Translations under genes and position numbers: made by a program | NCBI GenBank assembly: GCA_023387965.1 | Contig: JAEWHE010000014.1 | Span: 157,875 to 221,874, forward strand | Direction: 5' to 3' | Origin: Bacteroidota bacterium | Lineage (GTDB): Bacteria > Bacteroidota > Bacteroidia > Flavobacteriales > Flavobacteriaceae | Length of the DNA: 64,000 bases | Shown here: in pieces, positions 1 to 8,849 of the stretch | How positions within the stretch are numbered: the stretch's first letter is position 1 | Layout: each line of letters opens with the position of its first letter | Notes under the pieces: model-generated | Told to the model about the DNA's origin: nothing | Seen by the model: only the letters and a program-made list of their open reading frames with translations | Database searches by the model: none

Positions 1-1
1 A

Positions 2-175
2 AACTACATCATCAGAGAAGACAAAATCCACGCTCAAATCCAGGAAAATAAAACCAAGGAAAAACCAAAGAGCAAATTCCAGCAAAAAATGCAAGACATG
101 ATGGAACAAGCCCAAGAGCAACAAAAACAAAGACAAATCGATCAGGAAAACAAAAAGAAAACCCGTCGAAGTTAA
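2..175 (+). CDS. yidC: 3' end of membrane protein insertase YidC (partial)
   Basis: Frame from base 2 reads NYIIREDKIHAQIQENKTKEKPKSKFQQKMQDMMEQAQEQQKQ...RRS*, resembling the Bacteroidetes YidC C-terminal tail; followed by a terminator. Confidence 0.75.
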   Translation, partial: NYIIREDKIHAQIQENKTKEKPKSKFQQKMQDMMEQAQEQQKQRQIDQENKKKTRRS

Positions 176-180
176 TACCA

Positions 181-208
181 AAAAGCACTCTGAAAAGGGT
201 GCTTTTTT
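181..208 (+). terminator. Rho-independent terminator after yidC
   Basis: AAAAGCACTC-TGAAAA-GGGTGCTTTTTT hairpin with T tract. Confidence 0.8.
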
Positions 209-235
209 CAATTGCCCAGGATTTCAATCCGGGGA
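209..235. repeat. REP-like hairpin (CAATTGC foot)
   Basis: CAATTGCCCAGGATTTCAATCCGGGGA; same CAATTRC+hairpin layout as the REPs flanking the transposase at 17.7 kb. Confidence 0.55.
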
Positions 236-277
236 TAGAAAAAAGACACAAATCAAAACAATCCTTTAATCTGTGGC

Positions 278-422
278 TTTTTTTTGAAGCGATCCCGAAG
301 CGTCGGGACAGCTATTTTCAGCCATCGTAATTCCTGCTGTTCGCTTCAATCTTTTTATCAATTGCCTTTGGGTTTTAACCCAAGGCAATCGATAAAAAGG
401 ATTTCCGCTTCCATCAGGGCTA
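278..422 (-). ncRNA. Dispersed structured element copy A (Flavo-1-like)
   Basis: Minus strand TAGCCCTGATGGAAGCGGAAATCCTTTT-[hairpin]-AAAAGATTGAAGCGAACAGCAGGAA...TCGCTTCAAAA. Confidence 0.65.
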
Positions 423-552
423 AAGAAAAATCTTTCCGCGCTTTTGGAATCGTACGCAACCAAAACGCAATAAAACCGAAAATTAGCAGTTAAGAAAGAA
501 ACCAAAAATTGCAACAATCAAAAAAGGCACGCATTTTGCAAAACACAAAAAC

Positions 553-1287
553 ATGAAAAACATATTTACCTACATTCTAGCCTTATTTTCAGCCGTGACT
601 TTTTCACAGGAAACCAATCAAATGGATGCAAAAGGCCAACGTCACGGACTTTGGAAAGGTACTCACACAGAATCCAAACGACCTCGTTACGAAGGAACTT
701 TCGAACACGGAAAAGAAACGGGAATCTTCAAATTTTTCGACGATACCAAAGCCGGAAAAGTAATCGCAACCCGAGATTTTACCGCAAAGGACGGTTCTGC
801 TTACACCACTTTTTTCGATCAAGACGGCAATAAAGTAAGCGAAGGAAAAGAAGTCAACAAACTTACCGAAGGTGAGTGGAAGTATTACCATTACAAATCT
901 AAAGAGCTGATGACGCTGGAAAATTATTCAAAAGGAAAATTGCACGGCGACAGAAAAGTGTATTATAAAAGTGGCGTAATTGCCGAAGAATCCAAATACG
1001 AGAACGGCTTAAAAGTAGGGGTTTACAAAAGATACGACGAAAAAAACCAGCTTCTTGAAGAAAGCAATTACAGAAATGGCGAGCTCGACGGTCCTGCGTT
1101 TTTCAACGACGGTCTCGGAAAAACCATTACAGGTCAATACACAAACGGAAAGAAATCCGGAATTTGGAGCTACTTCGAAAACGGAAAATTGGTAAAAAAA
1201 CAAAATCCCAACAAAATCAAGCAGGAAAAATTCAAGATTGACAGCAAAAATAAAGACGCTAGAAAACGCCCTGAAAATCGTCAATAA
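553..1287 (+). CDS. Secreted MORN-variant repeat protein (YwqK-like)
   Basis: Signal peptide; repeated G.W..Y..G...EG.Y.NG motifs. Confidence 0.8.
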   Translation: MKNIFTYILALFSAVTFSQETNQMDAKGQRHGLWKGTHTESKRPRYEGTFEHGKETGIFKFFDDTKAGKVIATRDFTAKDGSAYTTFFDQDGNKVSEGKEVNKLTEGEWKYYHYKSKELMTLENYSKGKLHGDRKVYYKSGVIAEESKYENGLKVGVYKRYDEKNQLLEESNYRNGELDGPAFFNDGLGKTITGQYTNGKKSGIWSYFENGKLVKKQNPNKIKQEKFKIDSKNKDARKRPENRQ

Positions 1288-1315
1288 AAATTACCGATAT
1301 CGATATTACTGAAAC

Positions 1316-1348
1316 AAATGCCGCAATTATTTTAGTTGCGGCATTTTG
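1316..1348 (+). terminator. Terminator hairpin
   Basis: AAATGCCGCAA-TTATTTTAG-TTGCGGCATTTT. Confidence 0.7.
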
Positions 1349-1350
1349 CT

Positions 1351-1358
1351 TAATTTTG
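1351..1358 (+). promoter_or_regulatory. Bacteroidetes -7 promoter element for mnmA
   Basis: TAATTTTG matches TAnnTTTG, about 20 nt before the ATG. Confidence 0.6.
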
Positions 1359-1377
1359 CATACTTAAATTATAAAAA

Positions 1378-2565
1378 ATGAAACGCGTTGTTGTTGGACT
1401 TTCCGGAGGTGTAGATTCGAGTGTTGCGGCTTATCTTTTAAAGGAGCAAGGTTACGAAGTAATCGGTTTGTTCATGAAAAATTGGCACGACGAATCGGTA
1501 ACAATCTCCAACGAATGTCCGTGGCTGGAAGACAGCAATGATGCTCTTTTGGTTGCGGAGAAACTAGGGATTCCGTTTCAAACAGTGGATTTAAGCGAGC
1601 AATACCAAGAGAAAATCGTCGATTACATGTTCAGCGAATACGAAAAAGGCCGAACACCAAATCCCGATGTTTTGTGCAACCGCGAAATAAAATTCGATGT
1701 ATTCATGAAAATCGCCCTAAGTTTAGGAGCAGATTTTGTGGCAACCGGTCATTATTGCAGAAAAGCCGAAACCGAAATCAACGGCGAAAAAGTGTACCAA
1801 TTGCTTTCTGGCGTGGATTCCAATAAAGACCAATCGTATTTTTTGTGCCAACTTTCCCAAGAACAATTGGCGAAAGCGCTTTTCCCTATCGGAGAATTGA
1901 CGAAACCGGAGGTTCGAGAAATCGCTTCTAAGATGGAGTTGGTAACGGCAGATAAAAAAGATTCGCAAGGATTGTGTTTCATCGGAAAAGTGCGTTTGCC
2001 GGAGTTTCTTCAGCAAAAGCTACAACCAAAAGACGGACTTATTTTTGAAGTTGCCGCAGACGCGGAAATTTTCCAGAATACCAGTTCAAATTTCAATTCA
2101 AAAGAAGAAGAATTAGCTCAAAAATCGGCTTCACTTCCGTATTTGCCATCAACGGGAAAACAAGTTGGCAAACACCAAGGAGCTCATTATTTTACAAAAG
2201 GACAACGCAAAGGCTTGAATGTTGGTGGAACAAAAGAAGCGCTTTTTGTAATTGAAACTGATGTCGAAAACAATATAATTTATACAGGTCAAGGTCAAAA
2301 TCATCCCGGCTTGTTCAAATCGGCATTGTTCATAGAAAAAGACGAAGTGCATTGGATTCGTCCCGATTTAAAACTGAATTCAGGCGAAACGATGGAAGTG
2401 ATGGCGCGAATCCGATACCGCCAACCGTTGCAAAAAGCAACTTTGCATCAATTTGAAAACGGAATGTATGTAGAATTTGATGAACCGCAATCCGCAATTA
2501 CTGAAGGGCAATTTGTTTCGTGGCATATTGGAGAAGAACTGATTGGATCTGGAGCAATTGCTTAA
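1378..2565 (+). CDS. mnmA: tRNA 2-thiouridine(34) synthase
   Basis: [35 protein letters not shown] motifs. Confidence 0.98.
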   Translation: MKRVVVGLSGGVDSSVAAYLLKEQGYEVIGLFMKNWHDESVTISNECPWLEDSNDALLVAEKLGIPFQTVDLSEQYQEKIVDYMFSEYEKGRTPNPDVLCNREIKFDVFMKIALSLGADFVATGHYCRKAETEINGEKVYQLLSGVDSNKDQSYFLCQLSQEQLAKALFPIGELTKPEVREIASKMELVTADKKDSQGLCFIGKVRLPEFLQQKLQPKDGLIFEVAADAEIFQNTSSNFNSKEEELAQKSASLPYLPSTGKQVGKHQGAHYFTKGQRKGLNVGGTKEALFVIETDVENNIIYTGQGQNHPGLFKSALFIEKDEVHWIRPDLKLNSGETMEVMARIRYRQPLQKATLHQFENGMYVEFDEPQSAITEGQFVSWHIGEELIGSGAIA

Positions 2566-2671
2566 AAAAAACGAATGAAATAAACTTAAACCGGACAATT
2601 GTTCGGTTTTTTTATGAAACTTTACGTCGGCTATTTTCGTAACTTTGAAGAACGAATTACAGAGACGCGTC

Positions 2672-4285
2672 ATGAAAAAAATTACACTTTTATTGTTATT
2701 ACTGTTTGGTTTTCAGTCGTTTTCCCAAGAAGACGCTTGGATTTATTTTGCCGACAAGCCAGATGCCGCGACGTTTCTCGCCAATCCGTTGACAATGCTT
2801 TCTCAACGAGCACTTGACAGAAGAGCTGCTCAAAATATTTCTTTGGACGTTACCGATGTTCCGGTTTCCCAAAATTATATCGATCAAATTTCGGCAAATC
2901 CGGGAATTGCGGTCATGGCAAAATCCAAATGGCTGAATGCGTTGCATGTTCGTGGTTCGTTGTCCGCAATCCAAAATCTGCAAAATTTCACTTTCGTAAA
3001 TCGTGTGGAATATGCCAATAAAAATCTGAATTTGCTCGGCAGACAAGCCGAAATCAAGACCAATCAAGCCGTCAACAAGTCGATGGAAGTTCAGGTCAAT
3101 TATAATTATGGAACCTCTGGAAACCAAATCCAAATGTTGAACGGACACTTGTTGCACCAACAGGATTTTACCGGAAATGGAAAAATAATTGCCGTTATGG
3201 ATGCTGGATTTCCAAATGTAAACACGACTTCGCCTTTCGCAAATTTACGAAACAATGGAAAAATTTTGGGCGGTTACGATTTTGTAAATCGGAGCGATAA
3301 TTTCTATTCTGGAGGTTCGCACGGAACTTTAGTGCTTTCCACAATGGGAGGTTTCGTTGCCAATCAATTGGTTGGAACGGCTCCAAACGCGTCGTATTAT
3401 TTGTTTATCACAGAAGATGTTTCGAGCGAAAATCCTGTGGAAGAAAGTTATTGGGTTGAGGCTGCCGAAACCGCGGATAGTCTTGGAGTCGACATTATCA
3501 ATACTTCTTTGGGGTATTTTGGTTACGACAATCCAAATTACAGCCATACTTATGAAGATATGACCGGAAATAAAACTTTTATTTCGCGTGGGTCAAATAT
3601 GGCTTTCGACAAAGGCATGATTTGCGTGACTTCGGCGGGAAATTCCGGCGCTTCGGCAAATCCGAATATTGCGGCTCCAGCCGATGCGTTCAATGTTTTG
3701 GCAGTTGGAGCGGTAACGCCAACGGAAACTTACGCAAGTTTTAGCTCAATTGGACCTTCGTTTGACGGAAGAATAAAACCAGATGTAATGGCTCAAGGAC
3801 AAAATTCGGTTGTGGCTACCACTTCTGGATCCGTTGGAACGGCGAACGGAACTTCTTTTTCCGGACCAATTATGGCTGGAATGGTTGCGTGTTTGTGGCA
3901 AGCGTTGCCCAATTTAACCAATGCCGAAATTATGCAGATAATCAAAGAATCAGCACATTTATTTTTGAATCCGAATGATCAATTTGGTTATGGAATTCCT
4001 GATTTTTCCCAGGCTTTGCAAAACGGTTTAGGTGTCGAAGAAATTGCGATAGCGAAAAATATAATTTATCCGAATCCTGCGAAAAACGAGCTTTTTGTGG
4101 TTTTGAAAAATAATTCTGAAAACGCATCGATTACTTTTTACAACGAAATAGGGCAGAAGGTACTCTCGAAAAAACTAGATATTAACCAAACTAAAATTTC
4201 GGTGGAAAGTTTGCCAACCGGATTGTATTTGTATGCGATTGAAGCTGGAACTGTATTAGAACGAGGGAAACTCGTTAAAAATTAG
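2672..4285 (+). CDS. S8 subtilisin-family serine peptidase with T9SS C-terminal sorting domain
   Basis: D-A-G, HGT and GTSFS catalytic motifs; IYPNPA...GLY..KLVKN C-terminal domain; likely start MKKITLL at 2672. Confidence 0.92.
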   Translation: MKKITLLLLLLFGFQSFSQEDAWIYFADKPDAATFLANPLTMLSQRALDRRAAQNISLDVTDVPVSQNYIDQISANPGIAVMAKSKWLNALHVRGSLSAIQNLQNFTFVNRVEYANKNLNLLGRQAEIKTNQAVNKSMEVQVNYNYGTSGNQIQMLNGHLLHQQDFTGNGKIIAVMDAGFPNVNTTSPFANLRNNGKILGGYDFVNRSDNFYSGGSHGTLVLSTMGGFVANQLVGTAPNASYYLFITEDVSSENPVEESYWVEAAETADSLGVDIINTSLGYFGYDNPNYSHTYEDMTGNKTFISRGSNMAFDKGMICVTSAGNSGASANPNIAAPADAFNVLAVGAVTPTETYASFSSIGPSFDGRIKPDVMAQGQNSVVATTSGSVGTANGTSFSGPIMAGMVACLWQALPNLTNAEIMQIIKESAHLFLNPNDQFGYGIPDFSQALQNGLGVEEIAIAKNIIYPNPAKNELFVVLKNNSENASITFYNEIGQKVLSKKLDINQTKISVESLPTGLYLYAIEAGTVLERGKLVKN

Positions 4286-4294
4286 AAACTTTTT

Positions 4295-4355
4295 TGTCAT
4301 TGCGATGAAGGAGGAATTTCTTCTTGTGTGAGATTCCTCCTTCGTCGGAATGACA
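4295..4355. repeat. REPIN-like inverted repeat (GTCATT...AATGAC family)
   Basis: TGTCATTGCGATGAAGGAGGAATTT ... AGATTCCTCCTTCGTCGGAATGACA, imperfect inverted pair. Confidence 0.75.
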
Positions 4356-4494
4356 AGTTTAGTTGCATTTCGAAGAGAAACAATTCTGTGACAATATCAC
4401 TATAAATTCTTTCTTTTTTAGCCGATGGCTTCCCTCAAAAATTTGTAAGTTTGGCAAAAGCCGAAAGTTTCCTGATAAAAAGACGTTTTTCCCA

Positions 4495-4606
4495 TAGCCC
4501 CAATTGAGGCGGTAGCTATTTTGCGAAGATTTTTCGGAGCAAAATACTAAAGCCGAAAGCGGGAACATGGATGATAAAAATGCGGGAACGATTCGCTTCT
4601 TAAAAA
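4495..4606 (+). ncRNA. Dispersed structured element copy B (Flavo-1-like, diverged)
   Basis: TAGCCCCAATTGAGGCGG..TATTTTGC-loop-GCAAAATA..AGCCGAAAGCGGGAA...TTCGCTTCTTAAAA, in the 5' region of the next gene. Confidence 0.55.
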
Positions 4607-4613
4607 ATAAAAA

Positions 4614-5558
4614 ATGAACAAAATAACCGAACTTTTTAAAATAAAATATCCCATAGTTCAGGGGGGAATGATTTGGAACAGCGGCTGGAAACTCGCAAGT
4701 GCCGTGAGTAATTGCGGCGGTTTGGGCTTGATTGGAGCCGGATCGATGTACCCGGAAATTTTGCGGGAAAACATCCAAAAATGCAAAAACGCGACGGACA
4801 AATCTTTTGGCGTAAACGTACCGATGTTGTACCCGAACATTGAGGAAATCATGCAAATTATTGTGGATGAAGGTGTGAAAATCGTGTTTACCTCTGCCGG
4901 AAATCCGAAGACTTGGACGAGTTTTTTAAAGGGAAAAGGCATTACGGTGGTTCATGTGGTTAGCAGTTCAAAATTTGCGTTGAAAGCGCAAGAAGCGGGA
5001 GTTGATGCGGTTGTTGCAGAAGGTTTTGAAGCGGGTGGACACAACGGTCGAGAAGAGTCGACAACGTTGACGCTGATTCCAATGGTGAAGGAAAAAATTT
5101 CGATTCCGTTGATTGCTGCAGGAGGAATTGCGACCGGAAATGCGATGCTTGCCGCAATGGTTTTGGGAGCTGATGGCGTTCAAATTGGCAGTAGATTTGC
5201 GGCTTCTGAGGAAAGTTCTGCTCACGAAAATTTTAAGCAAAAAGTGGTTGCGATTGGCGAAGGCGAAACCCAAGTCACGCTGAAAGAATTGGCTCCTGTT
5301 CGTTTAATCAAAAATAAATTTTACGACGAAGTGCAAACGGCTTACGCAAATTGTGCTTCGGATGAGGATTTGAAAATTTTGTTGGGTCGCGCTCGCGCGA
5401 AACGTGGGATGTTTGAAGGTGATTTGGACGACGGCGAACTTGAAATTGGTCAGGTTTCCGGCTTAATTCACGAAGTGAAACCGGTAAACGAAATTATGAA
5501 CGATTTGATTTCGGGGTTTGAAAATGCGAAAGCTGAAGTTTTAAAATTTAGTTTTTAG
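4614..5558 (+). CDS. Nitronate monooxygenase / FabK-like flavin oxidoreductase
   Basis: PIVQGGM, EGFEAGGH, IAAGGI, GADGVQIGSRF motifs. Confidence 0.9.
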   Translation: MNKITELFKIKYPIVQGGMIWNSGWKLASAVSNCGGLGLIGAGSMYPEILRENIQKCKNATDKSFGVNVPMLYPNIEEIMQIIVDEGVKIVFTSAGNPKTWTSFLKGKGITVVHVVSSSKFALKAQEAGVDAVVAEGFEAGGHNGREESTTLTLIPMVKEKISIPLIAAGGIATGNAMLAAMVLGADGVQIGSRFAASEESSAHENFKQKVVAIGEGETQVTLKELAPVRLIKNKFYDEVQTAYANCASDEDLKILLGRARAKRGMFEGDLDDGELEIGQVSGLIHEVKPVNEIMNDLISGFENAKAEVLKFSF

Positions 5559-5561
5559 AGA

Positions 5562-5595
5562 TAAAAAAAGTTCGCTGTGATGGCGAACTTTTTTA
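5562..5595. terminator. Bidirectional terminator
   Basis: AAAAAAAGTTCGC-TGTGATG-GCGAACTTTTTT between convergent genes. Confidence 0.8.
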
Positions 5596-5600
5596 TTTTA

Positions 5601-6230
5601 TTAATGACCCAAGTTGTAAATTTCTCTAATGTTTTCGAGCGTTTTATCGAAATTAATATCTAAATCAATCAATTTCCCAGAATGAATGTCGAAAACCCAA
5701 CCGTGAACTTTTAAATCTCTTTCAATCATGGCTTTTTGTACTTCGGCAGTTTTTACGAGATTCACACATTGTTCCTCAACGTTCAATTCAATTAAGCGGT
5801 TGTAGCGTTGGTTTTCATCAGTAATTTCGTTCAGTTCGTTTTTGTGTAAACGATAAACGTCGCGAATATTTCTCAACCAAGGGTTTAAAACACCTAAATC
5901 TTGGGCTTGCATGGCGGCTTTTACACCTCCGCAAAAATAATGTCCGCAAACTACTACGTGTTTTACTTTTAAATGTTCTACCGCATAATTCAATACCGAC
6001 ATTGCATTTAAATCGATGCTGATTACCATATTGGCAATGTTTCTATGAACAAAAACTTCACCTGGCTGAACACCCATCATATCTTCGGCAGTAACGCGAC
6101 TGTCTGAACAGCCAATGTATAGAATATCAGGATTTTGCCCTTTAGATAATTCGCTAAAATAATTTGGATCTTTCTCTAATTTGGTAGAAATCCATTTTTC
6201 GTTGTTTTGAAATACTTTTTCTAATTTCAT
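5601..6230 (-). CDS. can: Beta-class carbonic anhydrase
   Basis: GCSDSRV, HRNIAN and CGHYFCGG zinc ligands. Confidence 0.95.
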   Translation of the reverse strand: MKLEKVFQNNEKWISTKLEKDPNYFSELSKGQNPDILYIGCSDSRVTAEDMMGVQPGEVFVHRNIANMVISIDLNAMSVLNYAVEHLKVKHVVVCGHYFCGGVKAAMQAQDLGVLNPWLRNIRDVYRLHKNELNEITDENQRYNRLIELNVEEQCVNLVKTAEVQKAMIERDLKVHGWVFDIHSGKLIDLDINFDKTLENIREIYNLGH

Positions 6231-6381
6231 AGTAATTTGTTTAAAATTGTAAGTCAGGCTGTTTTTTTAAACTGATTTTGAGAGAACTACCGCTCGTTCA
6301 GCTTTTGCATTAATTCGAAATTACGCATTTTTTTTTCGGCTTCCAAATTCTGTTTTTTTTTGGTTTAGAATAAAATAAAAA

Positions 6382-6418
6382 GAGGCTTGCTGTTCGGGGA
6401 ATAGATGCAGCAAGCCTC
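6382..6418 (-). terminator. Terminator after the OmpA-family gene
   Basis: GAGGCTTGCTG ... CAGCAAGCCTC; A-run on plus strand gives a U tract on minus. Confidence 0.7.
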
Positions 6419-6445
6419 AACTCAAAATAAAGACCTATGAAACCT

Positions 6446-7741
6446 TTAATTTTTTATAAATTCCACACGACGGTTTTGCGCTTTTCCTTCGGGAGATTTA
6501 TTGTCGGCAATGGGTTGGCTGTCGCCTTTACCGTCAACGTTTAACCTGCTTTCGGAAATTTTATATTTTGTAACCAATTCATTTTTGACCGATTTTGCTC
6601 TTTGCAACGACAAACTCAAGTTTTTTTCCTTATTTCCGTCAACGTCCGTATGACCAATTATGGTTAGCGAAACCGAATTATTTTCTTTTAAAACCGTGGC
6701 AATTTCAGAAATCGTGGCATCGGATTCGGGTAAAATTGTTGCAGAATTGGTGTTAAACAAAATAGCATTTGTACTAAATTTTCCTTCGTTCATTAATTTC
6801 GCCCGAATATCTTCACCCGAAGAAGCCAAACGGATGTTCGCGATGTGAAAATTATTTTCGGCTTTTGCTTCGTATCGGCTAAATAATAAAGTGTTGAATT
6901 TTTGGTTTCTATTAAAAATTGTAGGCAAATCCCAAATTTTATCGCCATCTAAATACACTCTCAATCGTTGGTCTTGTCGCCAAATTTGTACCTTAACTTG
7001 GTTGTTGTTGACATTAAAACTATTAAGCGATTTAATTTTGTTGGATGAAATTTTTTCGCTGTTTTCCCACAATTCATATTCGCTGTAACCCAATTTTTTT
7101 CCGCCTTCTTCTTGCGGATGAAGCGCTAAAAGCAGGCCATTTCGTTTGTCTTTTCCTTGTTTTTCTTTGTATTTGTTCCAAACGTTGAAATCTTTTTTGT
7201 TTTTTAAATTGGCAAAAACAATCCAAAGTGGATAATCGTAATAGGAAAAATTATCAGGAACAAGCAAATCGAATTCTAAAGTAAAATTTTCTGGCAATTG
7301 CTTTACATTTTCCATCAAAAAAACTCCGGGAGAACTCATTTCGAGCCAACGATTATTTGAAAATGAAACAATTTTTCCGGAAGCGTTTGTGTTCCAAAAC
7401 GGTGGAAAATCACCTTCGTTTCCTGATTTAAAATTTTCCTGAACAATCACGTTAGTTCCGGATTCAAAGTCGGAATTGGATTTTTTTCCGGTTTTGGGGC
7501 CAGAATCTTTTTCGAACTTGTCGTTTTTAGAATCTTTGGATTTTTTCCTTGATTTTCCTTCCAAAACACCATCCATTGCTTCCTCAGTTTTTTTCGAACT
7601 TTCTCGTTCGACTCTGCGTTCCACGGTACGTTCGGCAGCTTTTTTGGCTTTGTCGCCCAATCCTTTCAAAAACTGAGCATGAGTACTATTTGCGAAAGCA
7701 AAAAATAAAAACCCGCCGATAATGAGATGAATATTTTTCAT
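6446..7741 (-). CDS. OmpA-family protein (C-terminal peptidoglycan-binding domain, large N-terminal beta-rich domain)
   Basis: Signal peptide; IIGHTD, LSLQRAKSV, GKGDSQP, NRRVEF. Confidence 0.88.
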   Translation of the reverse strand: MKNIHLIIGGFLFFAFANSTHAQFLKGLGDKAKKAAERTVERRVERESSKKTEEAMDGVLEGKSRKKSKDSKNDKFEKDSGPKTGKKSNSDFESGTNVIVQENFKSGNEGDFPPFWNTNASGKIVSFSNNRWLEMSSPGVFLMENVKQLPENFTLEFDLLVPDNFSYYDYPLWIVFANLKNKKDFNVWNKYKEKQGKDKRNGLLLALHPQEEGGKKLGYSEYELWENSEKISSNKIKSLNSFNVNNNQVKVQIWRQDQRLRVYLDGDKIWDLPTIFNRNQKFNTLLFSRYEAKAENNFHIANIRLASSGEDIRAKLMNEGKFSTNAILFNTNSATILPESDATISEIATVLKENNSVSLTIIGHTDVDGNKEKNLSLSLQRAKSVKNELVTKYKISESRLNVDGKGDSQPIADNKSPEGKAQNRRVEFIKN

Positions 7742-7757
7742 GATTTAGAAATTTAAT

Positions 7758-8204
7758 TTAACCTGCGGTTTTATCAAATATCAAATCGTGTGTTCCTCCG
7801 TCGGTCATCGATTGTCTTAAAACCAAGGAATTTTGGGTGATGGAGGCGATTTCCAGCATTGTAGATTCGCCATCTGCTTGGTTAATAATAATATTGTTTT
7901 CGGTGGTTAATTCAAAAGTAAAGTTTTGAAGCGGATGATTTGTACACGTTCCGTCAACCATTTCGGTTACAAGTAATATTAATGAGCCGTCGTTAGAGAA
8001 GTCGAAATATTTCTCTCTATCACAAGCTGTTACAGTTAAAATTGTGCTGGATTGCAGGTACCAACGACCTGAGGTGAGCAATTCCATTGTAGAAGGTTCG
8101 GATTTATCATCGTCGTTATTGCAAGAAAAAATTCCGGTTAAAGAAATTCCGAGAAATAATAGCATTAAAAATCGGGTGGCAAATGTTCTGTTCAAAGTTT
8201 TCAT
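7758..8204 (-). CDS. Lipoprotein, lipocalin-like domain
   Basis: Lipobox IFSC followed by NNDDDK; LLTSGRWYL lipocalin-like GxW motif. Confidence 0.7.
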   Translation of the reverse strand: MKTLNRTFATRFLMLLFLGISLTGIFSCNNDDDKSEPSTMELLTSGRWYLQSSTILTVTACDREKYFDFSNDGSLILLVTEMVDGTCTNHPLQNFTFELTTENNIIINQADGESTMLEIASITQNSLVLRQSMTDGGTHDLIFDKTAG

Positions 8205-8232
8205 AATTGTTTTGTTTTAAATTTATAAATAG

Positions 8233-8748
8233 TTAATCAGCGACTTCCACTGGAAAGTTGGAAAAATAGCCATTGCTGATGGTTACGGCATCTCCGGGAG
8301 TTGGACCTACTAACGAACCAGCGAAACTTCCGCTGAATCTTCTGTTGTTTCCGGAACCTTCGATTTCTTCAATTGTTAGTGTAAAAGTTGTGGAGGACAT
8401 TCCTCCTAAATATGTTTTGTTATTGAGTTTTGTAATCGCTACAGCACCATCGTTATCGTCGTTTAAAGTATATGTTCCGATAGAAATTTCTCCCGGCGTT
8501 GAAAAAATTGCCGAGAATGAAGAAATTTCTCCGTTAAAAGTATCGTCAGTTCCTGCAACCGTAAAATTGTGTTGACCATCCGTAACCGAACTTCCAATTG
8601 CCGCAGAATTACTGCTCCACAAAAATCCCGCTATGTTAAAACTAATATATGGATCCGTGGCAACATTGTTATTGCCGTTGTCATCGCTGCTACATGCTAC
8701 AAAAAGCGCAATGCAAACTGTTTTTAGTAAAAAAGATAATCGTTTCAT
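8233..8748 (-). CDS. Putative surface lipoprotein of unknown function
   Basis: Lipobox FVAC followed by SSDDN; C-terminal FSGSFAG...ISNGYF beta strands. Confidence 0.7.
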   Translation of the reverse strand: MKRLSFLLKTVCIALFVACSSDDNGNNNVATDPYISFNIAGFLWSSNSAAIGSSVTDGQHNFTVAGTDDTFNGEISSFSAIFSTPGEISIGTYTLNDDNDGAVAITKLNNKTYLGGMSSTTFTLTIEEIEGSGNNRRFSGSFAGSLVGPTPGDAVTISNGYFSNFPVEVAD

Positions 8749-8849
8749 AATATTTTGATTTTATTGTAACAAAGTTTGGTTAAAAAGTGTTAATTTGTAA
8801 TAGCATAATGATGCGTATGGTTTTAGTCAGCAATTAAAGTATATCAGCC

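Noticed and set aside
553..1287. YwqK antitoxin as part of a toxin system
   Set aside because: Only generic MORN-variant repeats with a signal peptide; no adjacent toxin.
4359..4856. 165-aa antisense ORF and many other shadow ORFs (e.g. 284-493, 14971-15366, 21768-22211, 37025-37492)
   Set aside because: They overlap well-supported genes or repeat elements and show no recognisable motifs.
6235..6330. Structured leader upstream of carbonic anhydrase
   Set aside because: Only a weak possible stem; no recognisable motif or second copy.
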